This document shows positions 35,829 through 47,800 of a stretch of DNA of 64,000 nt, one piece after another. The notes under the pieces were generated by a model. It was not told the origin of the DNA and searched no databases. It saw only the letters and a list, made by a program, of their open reading frames with translations. Both the position numbers and the translations under genes were made by a program. Position 1 is the first letter of the stretch. Each line of letters opens with the position of its first letter. The DNA lies in the NCBI GenBank assembly GCA_964252035.1, contig OZ176200.1; one strand, 5' to 3'. Source of the stretch: Podarcis erhardii (lineage: Eukaryota).

Positions 35829-37812
35829 TTGATCTCCTTGTGCCCAAATTTCCAGTCTTTTAGAACAATATCGACAAACATATGTCACATTTCCTGGGCT
35901 AAAGAACAGCATACAGAATAGTTTACAATAAACATGGAAAGAATCAGGATTTATTCTAGGCTTCACAAGAAAGGAGATTCTGACTAAAGATTAGGAATCG
36001 CTTTCTGACAATCTCTCGTTCACTGGAGGTTTAAAGCAGAGGTTGGACAGCTGTTTATCAGGGACATTTGAGTTGTGATTCCTGCATCACTAGGGGTTGG
36101 GCTAGGTGGCCCTTGGGATTCCTCCAAACTGTACGGCTCTATTATTCTCTCCCCCCCCCCGCATTGTGCAAGAAGCCAGCACACTGCTCACCCCTGAACC
36201 TAAAAGGAGGAAGAAGGAAGAGACAGGAAGAAAAACTAACAAAGAAATACAGAAACACAGGAAATGAAAAAGACAGTGAGGGAGAAGGATGTGTCTTGGA
36301 AACAATGGGAGAGTAAGGGGAAGAAATCATTTCCCTTCCTTAACCTAAATTTGGGTACCGAGATTCCCCCACAAAGCATTAACTATAAAGCTGAGGCCAT
36401 ATTCCAAATTATTTTTGTGACTGGGATTTCCCCTCAGTTACAAAATGGCTATTATCCCTGTAAAATATATTGAATATTTTATTCACTGTTATGGTTACTG
36501 GAGATTTTCACAAAATTGCTGCTCAAAAACTGTGTATTGGTTGCCTCTAACTCATGCGTTACAACACTGTCTAGAATAAGGTCCAGGACACACTTATTAA
36601 AACATAATATATTGATTAATATCAATACATCTGCCTGTTCTTCCCTTTGTCTGGGGACCTTGTGCACCTGAGCCTAACTAGGTCCATCTGTTGGACATAG
36701 CAAAAGGAATCGTTGTCTCAGCCAAGGATTCTCTCTGAGATGCTGCCTTCTCTTGAACTGAACTTTCCAGAAGTCTAGTCCTGTAACCTGAGTCTTCTTC
36801 AAGGCGTAGTTCTCCAGGATAAAGTGAAGGGCAAAACTAATACCAGAAAACAGGAATGAATCTCCAGGAATCCCTAGAACTGTAGTATGACACAGCAAAG
36901 GCCTGTCCTGACTTCCGGGTTGGCGCCTCCCGCTAATGGCGGATTCCCTCTGAGTTCCGGAGGGACCAGCTCCACGAGATCGGGTCCTGCCGCTGCAGCA
37001 AAGCGGGGACCTTTGAGAATCACAGGCGGGTGAAGCCTGTGAGCGTGGGGACTCAGCGGGCACCATTTGCGCCCCCTCCGAACTGGGAAAGAGGCTTTTT
37101 AAAGGCTTCGGAACGGATCGGAGTGAGCGGCGCAGTGCTGTGAGCCGACTGCTTCTTTCGTGGAGTGAAGCTGCGCAGCTGTGGCCAGAGGTTTATTGAT
37201 TTAAATTGGAAGAACAAATTGGAATAAATTCGGTGCCGAAAGGGGAAAGTATAAACAGGAAGTCTGCTTCCCCTGCTTGTAGACAGAACAAAGCAAAGAG
37301 ACTTTTAAAGCAGAAACCTTGAAAGATCCTTCTTTGAAAAGGTCTAAAATCCAACACCAAAAAGTGGTTTCCCCCCGAGTTTGCAGGAGCGGAGGGGGGT
37401 AGACTTAAGCTTTATTCCTGCATGAAAGTGGAGCTTGAAAGTTAAATCCGCTGTCTCAAAGCCCTGGGAACGGACTGCCTTTTAAAAGGAAGCTGACTTG
37501 AGAGTGAAAGTTAAAGACTTGTAAGCTAACTCTGCGAAAAAGATACAGTGTTTCTGGACTTTTTATGAATTTAAAGTAACTTCTTTAGGGCTTTACAGTA
37601 TCTATCTGGGACTATGAAACTGGCTTTGAATGGCTGGTGGGACTTGTTAAAGTTTATACTTGTTGCTAAAGATTGCAAATTGATGCTGTCCCCCTAGAGG
37701 AAAAGTGACACTGTTGCAATAACAACTACGCCACTGGAAAATTCCTTCTCAAAACAAACTCCTAACAAATCTCCCAGGCGTGGGACCGACCTTGAACTTT
37801 TATGAGAGGGCT

Positions 37813-38889
37813 ATGGCAGATGGTAAAGAAAAATTAGACCCAGCATATAATACCAGGTCAGGCAAAACATATCACCAGCGAAGGCCCTCAACTTCTGGAG
37901 TACCAGGAGGAGCAGCTGTCACACAGACTAAATTAAAAACTATGTCATCTGATGATGTATTAACCCAGGCACTTAGCAAAATTAATGACTCCCTGGAAAA
38001 TTTAGCAAAAGAAGTGGTGGATACAAAAAAACAGGAGGTGGTGGCATCAGCAAAAATTGATGTGAATACAGCAAGTATTAATGACCTGGTAAAGAAAGTG
38101 ACTTTTAATACAGAATCCATTGAAAAATTAATTGAGGAATCGGCCACGACTCGAAAAGTAGCTGAGGAAGCGAAAGAGATTGCATCTGCCGCCCAGGAGA
38201 AGATATTACCTGCATATAAGAAACTGGAGGACCACGATTTGGCATTGTCTTTTATAGAATTACAAGCGAAGGAGAAAAATTTGAGAATTAGAGCGGTACC
38301 TGAAAGTGAGAAGGAGAATTTGGCGGACTTTCTTACAAATGAATTTACAGATTTTTGGCAAGAGGAATTGGGGAAGGAAGAATTTAAGATAGTGAGTGCT
38401 TTTAGAATTGGGTCACGACAGAGGAAGAACAAGGTAAGAGATTGTTTGATCACTCTCCGAACAAAAGAAGAAAGAGACAAAATTTTAAATCTGCACTACC
38501 AGAGAACCTTGGAAATCGGAGATTCATTTGTGGAGATCTTTAAGGATATCCCAAAACACATTTTGGACATAAGGACCTACTACAGAGATCTCGTGGTTTT
38601 GCTGAGAAGAAACAAGATACTTTTTAGGTGGGAATTTCCCCAAGGCCTATCGTTTAAATACAAAGAAAGGAAAATAAGAATAAGAACGGTGAATGACAAA
38701 GACAAGTTCTTGAGAGATTACGGAGAACATCTTCAGAAAGAAGCAGAATCGGAAGAAGAGCCAAAAACACTGGAAAAAGGAATTTTGGGCATAGCAAATC
38801 TACCATTTGGACTCCCTAGTCCAGAGAAAGAGACACCACCGACAGAAGAAGAGCAACTACTTGGAGCAGTTGGAGGTAAAGCGAAGTAA
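37813..38889 (+). CDS. L1 ORF1p, intact, 358 aa
   Basis: ATG at 37813. Coiled-coil N-half, NLRIRAVPE (RRM start), IFKDIPK and FRWEFPQGL motifs typical of L1 ORF1. Ends 7 nt before the ORF2 ATG. Confidence 0.85.
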   Translation: MADGKEKLDPAYNTRSGKTYHQRRPSTSGVPGGAAVTQTKLKTMSSDDVLTQALSKINDSLENLAKEVVDTKKQEVVASAKIDVNTASINDLVKKVTFNTESIEKLIEESATTRKVAEEAKEIASAAQEKILPAYKKLEDHDLALSFIELQAKEKNLRIRAVPESEKENLADFLTNEFTDFWQEELGKEEFKIVSAFRIGSRQRKNKVRDCLITLRTKEERDKILNLHYQRTLEIGDSFVEIFKDIPKHILDIRTYYRDLVVLLRRNKILFRWEFPQGLSFKYKERKIRIRTVNDKDKFLRDYGEHLQKEAESEEEPKTLEKGILGIANLPFGLPSPEKETPPTEEEQLLGAVGGKAK

Positions 38890-40784
38890 CCCCATCATGG
38901 CTCTGCAACTTCTAAGTTGGAATTGTAATGGACTGAACTCCCCTCGAAAGAGAAGAAGTGTGTTTCATATATTAAAAAAAGAACAATTGGATTTGATTTG
39001 TATACAATAAACACATGTAATGAGGCAACACAGGAAATTACTTATTAATAAGAGATTGGGACAAGAGTTTATTTCATCGGACAAAGTTAAAAAAAAGAGG
39101 AGTTGTGATATATGCAAAGGAGAGACTTTTACCAAAATTAATTTTTAAGGACGACCAAGGAAGATATTGGCAATAGAAATTCAGTTTCAAGGAGAAAAAT
39201 TTTTGATTGTAGGAATTTATGCACCAAATGAGGGGAAATCTGAATTTTTTAGGAAGTTGCATGAGATTCTATTGGACTATTTAGATGAGAACGTGATTTT
39301 GATGGGGGATATGAATGGAGTAGTATCTACAAACATGGACAAAGCACAAAGACAGGTAGTCACCAAAGATGGCAGACTACCAAAAACTTTTTTTGAAATG
39401 ACTCACAATATGGACTTGGTGGACATTTGGAGAACAAAGAATCCTCTGGGAAGAGAGGGAACCTTCTTTTCTGAAGCCAAGATGACATGGACTAGAATTG
39501 ACCAAATATGGATAACTAGAGGAATGGCACCAAAGATAAAGAAAGTGGAAATCTGCCCTAAAACTTGCTCCGACCATAATGCCGTAAGGATGGAAATGAA
39601 ACAAATAGCAACTGGTTCCTTTAGATGGAGGATGAATGACACCTTATTTAGAGATGAAGAAGTTCACAAAAAGGCCCAAAAAATCTTGAGAGACTATTTT
39701 GAAATAAATATGAACACTGATGTTGAAAAAAGAATAATCTGGGACGCAAGTAAAGCTGTTATGAGAGGGTTCCTGATTCAACAGAATGCAATAAAGAAGA
39801 AAAGCCAAAATGAGAAAAAGATAAAATTCTAGAGAAAATAAAAGAAGGGGAAAAGAAATTGAGAGTATGCTTCTTTCCAAAGTCACAAGAGATTCTGAGA
39901 GAAATAAAATTATATCAAACACAATATATGGAATTGATGAATCAAGAAATAGAATGGAAGATTAAACAAATGAGACAAAAGACTTTTGAATCGGCAAATA
40001 AGTGTGGGAAACTTTTGGCTTGGCAAATGAGAAAAAGACAAAAATTAAATACTATTACAAATCTAGAAGTGGAAGGGAAAAACATACACAACCCAACTGA
40101 GATTAGAAATTGTTTCCAGAGGTATTTTAAACAATTATACTCACAAGGGCCACAGAAAGAAATGGATATAGAACGATTTTTAAAGACAAATGGATTACAA
40201 AAAATCTCTCAAGAAAGTAAATTGATGTTGAACTATAAAATTTCAGAACAGGAAATAGAAGGTGCCATTCAAAGTATGCAATTGGGCAAGTCTCCAGGAC
40301 CGGATGGGCTGACTTCCAGGTACTACAAATCTTTGAAGGAGTACTTAATACAACCTTTGAAGGAAGTCTGCAATGAAATTTTGGAAGGGAAAAGGGCGCC
40401 AGAGTCGTGGAAAGAAGCATACATTACGCTTATACCGAAAACAGAGACTGAAAAGACTCAACTTAAGAACTACCGCCCCATATCCTTATTAAATGTGGAT
40501 TACAAAATTTTTGCCGGTATTTTGGCTAAAAGATTGAAAAAAGTATTGATGGAAGAGATTCATAAAGACCAAGCGGGCTTTCTCCCGGGAAGGCATTTGT
40601 CTGACAATTTGAGGAATATAATTGATATCTTGGAAAAATTAGAAGTGAATATAAATACAAAAGCAGTTTTGATATTTGTGGACGTGGAGAAAGCCTCTGA
40701 CAATATTTCTTAGAGTTTTATGAAAAAGAATTTACAGGGGATGGGGGTAGGGCAAGGGTTTGAAAACGGTATAGGCGCAATATA

Positions 40785-41497
40785 CCGTATTTTTCGCCCT
40801 ATAAGACGCACTTTTCCCCCTCCAAAAATGAAGGGGAAATGTGTGTGCGTCTTATGTGTGCGAATGCAGGCTACTTGGCTTCAGCGATAGCAACGCGAAG
40901 CCTCCGAAGCCTGCGCTCCGGAGGCTTCGCGTTGCTTCTGCTGAAGCCAGGAGAGTCTGCTCTTTGAGGCTGGCGGTGGGGGAAAGAAGCGCTTCCCTCA
41001 TGGCCAGCCCCAGAGGCTGGGGGGCAGTGGGAAGGCGCGCAAAGCCTTCCTGCTACTCTCCAACCCGGCTTGGAGGCTGGTGGTGGGGAAAGCAGCGCTT
41101 CCCCCATGGCCAGCCCCAGAGGATGGGGGGCAGTGGGAAGGCGTGCGAAGCCTTCCTGCTACTCTCCAACCCGGCTTGAGGCTGGCGGTGGGGAAAGCAG
41201 GCTTTTCCCCAAGGAGGGAGAAGGGACTGACTGGCCGTTTCAGTCCCTTCTCCCTCCTGGTCGAAAAGCCCGCAGGAGTCACGCGTGGCTCCTGTGGGCT
41301 TCTGTGGGAGGTGGGGGAATTACACCACCTCCTGCAAAAGCAGGAAGAAGGTCTTGGAGTAGTGCACAGGCTGCGTGCAGCCTGTCCGCTGCTCCCAGAG
41401 CTGCGGGGGGGGGGATCATATTTTTTTCCTTTATTCCCCCCCCTGAAAACTAGGTGCGTCCTATGGGCCGGTGCGTCCTATAGGGCGAAAAATACAG
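40785..41497. mobile_element. Tc2-like non-autonomous element inside L1 ORF2
   Basis: TIRs ccgtatttttcgccctataagacgcac / gtgcgtcctatagggcgaaaaatacag and a TA TSD. Same termini as 29413-30315 but a different GC-rich interior with a duplication of about 97 bp. Confidence 0.93.
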
Positions 41498-41630
41498 TAT
41501 TCTGAACAGAAAGCAAAATTAATTGTAAATAATGTGGTTACGGAAGAATTTAAGATAGAAAAAGGGACACAACAGGGGTGCCCAATTTCACCATTGCTTT
41601 TTATATCGGTTCTGGAGGTTTTGCTGAATA

Positions 41631-42762
41631 CAGTGGTGCCCCGCAAGACGAACGCCTCGCAAGACGGAAAACCCGCTAGACGAAAGGGTTTTCCGTTTTG
41701 GAGGCGCTTCGCAAAACGAATTTCCCTATGGGCTTCCTTCGCAAGACGAAAGCCCATAGGGAAATCTCCGGGACAGCGGGGAAGCGCAGCGCGTCTTCCC
41801 CACTGTCCTTGGACCTCCTCCGAAGGCTGGCGGTGGGGCGGAGAAACCCCCTCCCGCCGCCAGCCTTGGGAAGGCTGCTCCGAAGGCTGGCAGCGGGAGG
41901 AGGTCTCTCCGCCCCACCGGCAGCCTTGGGAAGGCTGCCCCGAAGGCTGGCGGTGGGGCGGAGAGACCTCCTCCCGCCGCCAGCCTTGGGATGGCTGCTC
42001 CGAAGGCTGGCGGTGGGGCGGAGAAACCCCCTCCCGCCGCCAGCCTTGGGAAGGCTGCTCCGAAGGCTGGCGGCGGGAGGAGGTCTCTCCGCCCCACCGG
42101 CAGCCTTGGGAAGGCTGCTCCGAAGGCTGGCGGTGGGGCGGAGAGACCTCCTCCCGCCGCCAGCCTTGGGATGGCTGCTCCGAAGGCTGGCGGTGGGGCG
42201 GAGAGACCTCCTCCCGCCGCCAGCCTTGGGATGGCTGCTCCGAAGGCTGGCGGTGGGGCGGAGAGACCTCCTCCCGCCGCCAGCTTTCGGATGGCTGCTC
42301 CAAAGGCTGGCGGCGGGGTGGAGAGACCTCCTCCCGCCGCCAGCCTTGGGATGGCTGCTCCGAAGGCTGGAGGTGGGGCGGAGAGACCTCCTCCCGCCGC
42401 CAGCCTTCGGAAGGCTGTCCTGAAGACTTGCGGTGGGAGGAGGGTTTTCCTTCCCACCGCCAACTTTCAGAATGCTGTTCTGAATGTTGGCGTGGGGAGG
42501 AAAAACCCTCCTCCCACCGCAAGCCCCGGGAACAGAAGAGAAGCACTGCGCGCCTTCCCCTCTGTTCCCGTACCTGTTCTGAAGGCTTGCGGTGGGGAGA
42601 AAAGCCCTTCTCTGCACTGCCAGCCTGGCAAGCGGTCTTCATAGGAACGCATTAATTGATTTTCAATGCATTCCTATGGGAAACCGTGCTTCGCAAGACG
42701 AAAAACTCGCAAGAAGAAAAAACTTGCGGAACGAATTAATTTCGTCTTGCGAGGCACCACTG
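41631..42762. mobile_element. Tigger/pogo-like non-autonomous element with a 60-bp minisatellite, inside L1 ORF2
   Basis: TIRs cagtggtgccccgcaagacga / tcgtcttgcgaggcaccactg (1 mismatch). TA TSD at 41629-30 and 42763-64. Confidence 0.93.
41819..42420. repeat. 60-bp GC-rich hairpin minisatellite, 10 units plus degenerate flanking units
   Basis: Ten consecutive 60-column rows (41821-42361) begin with c(g/a)aaggctgg, showing exact 60-bp periodicity. Confidence 0.97.
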
Positions 42763-44518
42763 TATGATTAGAAAAGACCAGTTGGTCAAAGGGATACAGG
42801 TCGGAGCCAAACAGTACAAACTGAGAGCATTTGCAGATGACTTAATTTTGACGCTACAGGAGCCAGAATCTAGTATTAAAAGGGTTTTAGACTTCATTAA
42901 TGAATTTGGTCAAGTGGCAGGATTTAAATTGAATAAGTTAAAAACTAAGGTTTTAGAGAAAAACTTAACATTAATTGAAAAAGAAAGGTTTCAGAATGAG
43001 ACTGGTCTGACCGTGGTTAAGAAAGTGAAATATTTGGGGATAAATATGACAGCAAAAAATGTGAACTTATTTAAAGATAATTATGAAAAATGTTGGACAG
43101 AAGTGAAAAGAGATCTAGAAATATGGTCAAATTTGAAGCTTTCCTTGTTGGGCCGAATTGCAGTTATAAAGATGAATGTATTGCCTAGAATGTTGTTTCT
43201 GTTTCAAACATTGCAGATTGTGGACAAGATGGACTGTTTCAAGAAGTGGCAGAAAGATATTACTAGATTTGTCTGGCAGGGCAAGAAGCCCAGAATAAAA
43301 TTTAAGATATTAACTGATGTAAAGGAAAGGGGTGGATTTGCCCTGCCAGACTTTAAACTTTACTATGAATCAGCAGCATTTTGCTGGTTGAAAGATTGGC
43401 TACTTCTTGAGAACACAGACATTTTGGACTTAGAAGGATTTGATAATGCTTTTGGGTGGCATGCATATTTGTGGTACGACAAGGTTAAAATACATAAAGC
43501 ATTTAAAAACCATATTGTCAGGAAAGCATTGTTTAATGTTTGGATAAGATACAAAGACTTATTGGAAAATAAAACCCCAAGGTGGTTGTCACCAATGGAA
43601 GCGAAAGCTTTCAAAAGACTTAATATGGAGTCCAAATGGCCAAAATATTGGGAAATTTTGGAACAAGAGGGAGACAAATTGAAATTGCAGAGTTTTGAGA
43701 AACTAAAAAGTAAAGTGCGAGACTGGCTTCATTATTATCAGATAATGGAGGTTTATAAATTGGACAAAAAAATTGGATTCCAGGTGGAAAAATCGAAATT
43801 AGAAACAGAATTGTTAGAACCTAAAACAAAGAATCTGTCAAAGATGTACAATTTGCTGCTGAAATGGAATACCCAGGATGAAACGGTGAAGTCTGTTATG
43901 ATTAAATGGGCACAAGATGTTGGACACAATATTATGTTTGCTGACTGGGAACGGTTATGGACCACCGGTTTGAAATTTACGGCATATAATGCCTTACGAG
44001 AGAATATTATGAAAATGATTTATAGGTGGTACATGACCCCAGTCAAGCTCGCAAAAATCTATCATTTGCCCGATAACAAATGTTGGAAATGTAAGGAGAC
44101 TGAAGGTACATTCTTTCACCTTTGGTGGACGTGCCCAAGGATTAAGGCTTTCTGGGAAATGATTTATAATGAAATGAAAAAGGTATTTAAGTATACCTTC
44201 CTGAAAAAACCAGAGGCCTTTCTCCTAGGCATGGTTGGCCAATTGGTGCTAAAGAAGGACAGAACTTTCCTTATGTATGCGACAACTGCAGCAAGAATTC
44301 TCATCGCAAAATACTGGAAGACACAAGATCTACCCACTCTGGAAGAATGGCAGATGAAGATGATCGATTACATGGGATTGGCAGAAATGACCGGCAGAAT
44401 CCGAGACCAGGGAAAAGAGTCGGCGGAAGAGGATTGGAGGAAATTTAAAGACTATTTACAGAAATATTGTAAAATTAATGACTGTTAGAATGATGTTGGA
44501 CAGAAATTAAGTGGTTAC

Positions 44519-44783
44519 TGTTAAGTTGTGGGTTGACATAGCAGACGACACAGCGATTTCTCCAAGTAGCTCTTTATTTCGTAAGCTGGAATAGAACTGA
44601 CTGCAAACAGCTCAGCCGGCCTGCTTTTATAGGCAGCCGGCTGTCAACATTGTAACAACAACAGCCCAGAGTTCCCGCCTAAAATAACTGACGCGGACCT
44701 GAGGGAAAACTATCAACAGACCTGAGTGAAAACTATATACAGTATCCCCCTGCTGGCCCAGGGTGAAACTTCACTACATAACA
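44519..44783 (-). repeat. 3' LTR of the Gypsy element
   Basis: TG...CA termini. Adjacent to the PPT (ggtggggagggg on the minus strand, 44784-44795). Confidence 0.95.
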
Positions 44784-44896
44784 CCCCTCCCCACCGAGAT
44801 AAGGCGTTAGTTACAATCGTAATGGTTTCCTTATATACAGCACTACGCGTAATGGTTCAATTAGGCACAAAAGCATATCGGTTACATTTCCCATAC

Positions 44897-47800
44897 TTAG
44901 ACCAACAGTGATACCTGTCCAACAACATAGTCCTTTAAATAAGTTGGGCGCTTGGGAACTCTGCCAGACCGCTGGGGACTGGTAGCCAAGTCCGGAGGGC
45001 CACACAGTTCTTGCTGAGGCTGTGGTGCGACCCTAGATGGCGTTGGAACCAACTCCCCTGGATCCGCTGCTGTGGGTGGAGCCTCCGCAAGTGGAGTGGT
45101 CTGAGTCTGTGGTAAGTCTGGCAGACCCTCTGAAGCGGCTCGGTTCGGCTCCACGCTGGCAGTTTGCGAGGGAGGTGTAGGTGGGGCCTCGCCATCTGTA
45201 CGTGTCTCTTCTGGAGCCGCAAGCGCAGTTGGGGGCACCTCGGTAGTGTCCAAGTCCCCAACCCTGCGCCTAAGCTGGTCTATGTGCCGTCGCCACAAGC
45301 GTCCGTCTTCGAGTGCCACCTGGTACGAGCGAGGTCCAGTGACTCCCACTACTGTGGCTGGCACCCAAGGAATGTCCCCCACATAGTTCCGGGCAAAGAC
45401 CTGGTTTCCTGGGACAAATGACCGTGGCGCGTTGGCACAGCCTGGTGGTTCAGCCACGGCAAAGTCCGGGTGTAGCCGGTCGAGCGGTGACCTGAGGCGG
45501 CGGCCCATAAGCAGTTCAGCAGGACTCCTCCCTGTGGCCGCATGAGGGGTGATGTGTTGCACGAACAAGTATTCGGCGACCCGCTCATGCCAGTCTCCCC
45601 GGTCCAGGCGCGCCAGTGCCTCTTTTGCCGAGCGCACCATTCTTTCCGCTTGCCCGTTGCTGGATGGATGAAAGGGTGCCGTTAGGGCATGGCGGATGCC
45701 CAGTCCCAAAAGATACCGCTCAAACGTGCCTGACGTGAACTGTGGTCCGTTGTCAGAGACAAGGACATCAGGACACCCATGCGTTGCAAACAGGCCTCGC
45801 AGCACCCGGATGACAGCTTCGGTAGTGGTGGAGGGCATCAGGGCGACCTCCAGCCATTTGGAATAGGCGTCCACCACTACCATAAAGGTCCGGCCGTGAA
45901 AGGGGCCAGCCAGATCAATGTGCACCCTCGACCAGGGTGTCTTTGGCGTCTCCCAGGTGTGTCCCTTAGCTGCCGGGGGTGCAGGCCTCGACTCTTGGCA
46001 CGCTTGACAGGCGGACACCCAGGCAGTGATGGCATCGTCCATATTAGGCCACCAGACGTAACACCGAGCCAACGCCTTCATTTTGACAATTCCCGGGTGG
46101 CCAACGTGCAGAGCCTCCAGGACGCGCTGACGGAGTCCCTGGGGAATCACGACGCGGTCTCCCCACAGCAGACAGCCGCGATGAGCTGAGAGTTCATGTT
46201 GTCTGGTTGCGAAGGGCTGGAACTCCGATGCAAAAGGCCCTTGTGGCCACCCCCTCCACACCCAGTTGAGCACCCGGCTGATGGTGCGATCCTGGGCAGA
46301 CGCGGAGGCCACAGTGGCAGCTGATACAGGCGCTGCCGGAAGATCCTCAATCAGAAGGAGCGATGAAGCTGGAGCCGGGTCTTCCACAAATGCTGGAAGA
46401 GGGCAACGGCTGAGGGCGTCGGCATGGCCCATCGATTTCCCCGGGCGATGGATGAGCCGGTAGTGGTAGGCAGCCAGGAAAACAGTCCATCGCAGCATGC
46501 GTGGCGAGAGGACCGGTGGAGTTGGACGATCACCGGCGAGGAGGCCCAGGAGTGGCTTGTGGTCAGTGATGAGGTCAAAAGTCCTGCCATAGAGGTATTC
46601 ATGGAACCTCTTCACTCCAGCCACAAGTGCCAATGCCTCCTTGTCGAGCTGGCTGTAATTCCGTTCCGTCAGAGATAGTGTCCTGGAAAAGTAGGCGAGT
46701 GGTGCTTCTCTTCCATCTGGAAAACGGTGACTAAGGACAGCACCGATGCCAAAAGGTGAGGCGTCGCAGGCAAGGACCAGCGGCCTGGATTCACTGTACT
46801 GTACCAGCACACTGTCTGATGAAAGGAGAGCCTTAACCGCGTTGAAGGCCGCCGTCTCCCGATGACCCCAGGCCCAAGGCGTCTTTGTACTAAGGAGTCG
46901 GTGAAGAGGCTCAGCCACTGTGGCTTTGTGGGGCAGGAACATGTTATAAAAGTTCAGCAGCCCCAGGAATGCCTGCAACTCCGTCTTGTTCTTTGGGGTG
47001 GGGGCCTGCTGGATAGCGCGGATCTTGGATGTGGTCGGGTGAAGGCCGGAGGCATCGATAAGATAGCCCAGGAACTCTACCTGTGGAACGGCGATCTGGC
47101 ACTTCTCCCTCTTTACCTTGAGCCCGGCCTCTTGGAACCTGGTCAGCACGGCACGGAGGCGCTCGAACAGCTGCTGGTGTGAGTCTGCAGACACCAAGAC
47201 GTCATCAAAATATGGTACCACGCCCGGAAGCCCTTGCAGGAGACGCTCCATAAGGCTTTGGAAAATGCCAGGAGCCACACTCACCCCGAACTGCAACCGG
47301 CGGCAACGGAATGCCCCCCGGTGGGTGACGATCGTCTGGGCTTCAGCAGTGGCATCATCGACTGGCAGTTGTTGATAGGCTTGGGCAAGGTCCAGCTTAG
47401 CGAAGACCTTACCCTCACCCAGGGAATGCAGCAGGTGTTGGACAACAGGAACCGGATAAGCGTGCTGCTGAAGTGCCTTGTTGATCGTGCACTTGTAGTC
47501 AGCGCAGATTCTCACCGACCCATCTGGCTTGACAGGCGTGACGATGGGGGTTTCCCACTTGGCGTGGTCAACCGGCTCCAAAACTCCTTGGGCGATCAGT
47601 TTGTCCAGTTGTTCGTCCACCTTAGCCTTGAGAGCAAAGGGAACCCGGCGTGGCTTTAGCTTGATGGGGGCGACTTGTGGATCAAGGCTAAAGGAGATGG
47701 GCGTACCTGTATATTGCCCCAAGGTGCCGTCAAAAACCTCGGCAAAGTCTTTGACCAGACCCTCAGTCTCTGCGTTAGAGATGCAGTTGATGCCGGTGAC

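Larger units (their letters stand above)
38897..44488 (+). pseudogene. L1 ORF2 (endonuclease/reverse transcriptase), disrupted
   Basis: Starts MALQLLSWNCNGLNSPRKR. TAA replaces GAA in the QETH motif (39008-10). Frameshifts near 39085, 39166 and 39820; TAG at 40711. Two TA-site insertions split the RT, and removing them restores ...GAIYSEQKAKL... and ...EVLLNMIRKD.... Motifs GKSPGPDG, NYRPISLLN, QGCPISP, FADD and CWKC..HLWWTC are present. Confidence 0.95.

Noticed and set aside
37686-37699. CTCF-like motif in the L1 5'UTR
   Set aside because: Two core mismatches; no supporting context.
37872-38480. 202-aa minus-strand ORF
   Set aside because: Antisense shadow of L1 ORF1.
41819-42420. CRISPR-like regular array
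   Set aside because: Eukaryotic DNA, no unique spacers and no cas genes; it is a minisatellite.
41461-42655. Long overlapping ORFs (393, 394, 313, 245, 241, 217 aa) on both strands
   Set aside because: Artefact of a stop-free, GC-rich 60-bp repeat (a multiple of 3) inside a non-autonomous transposon. No domain content.
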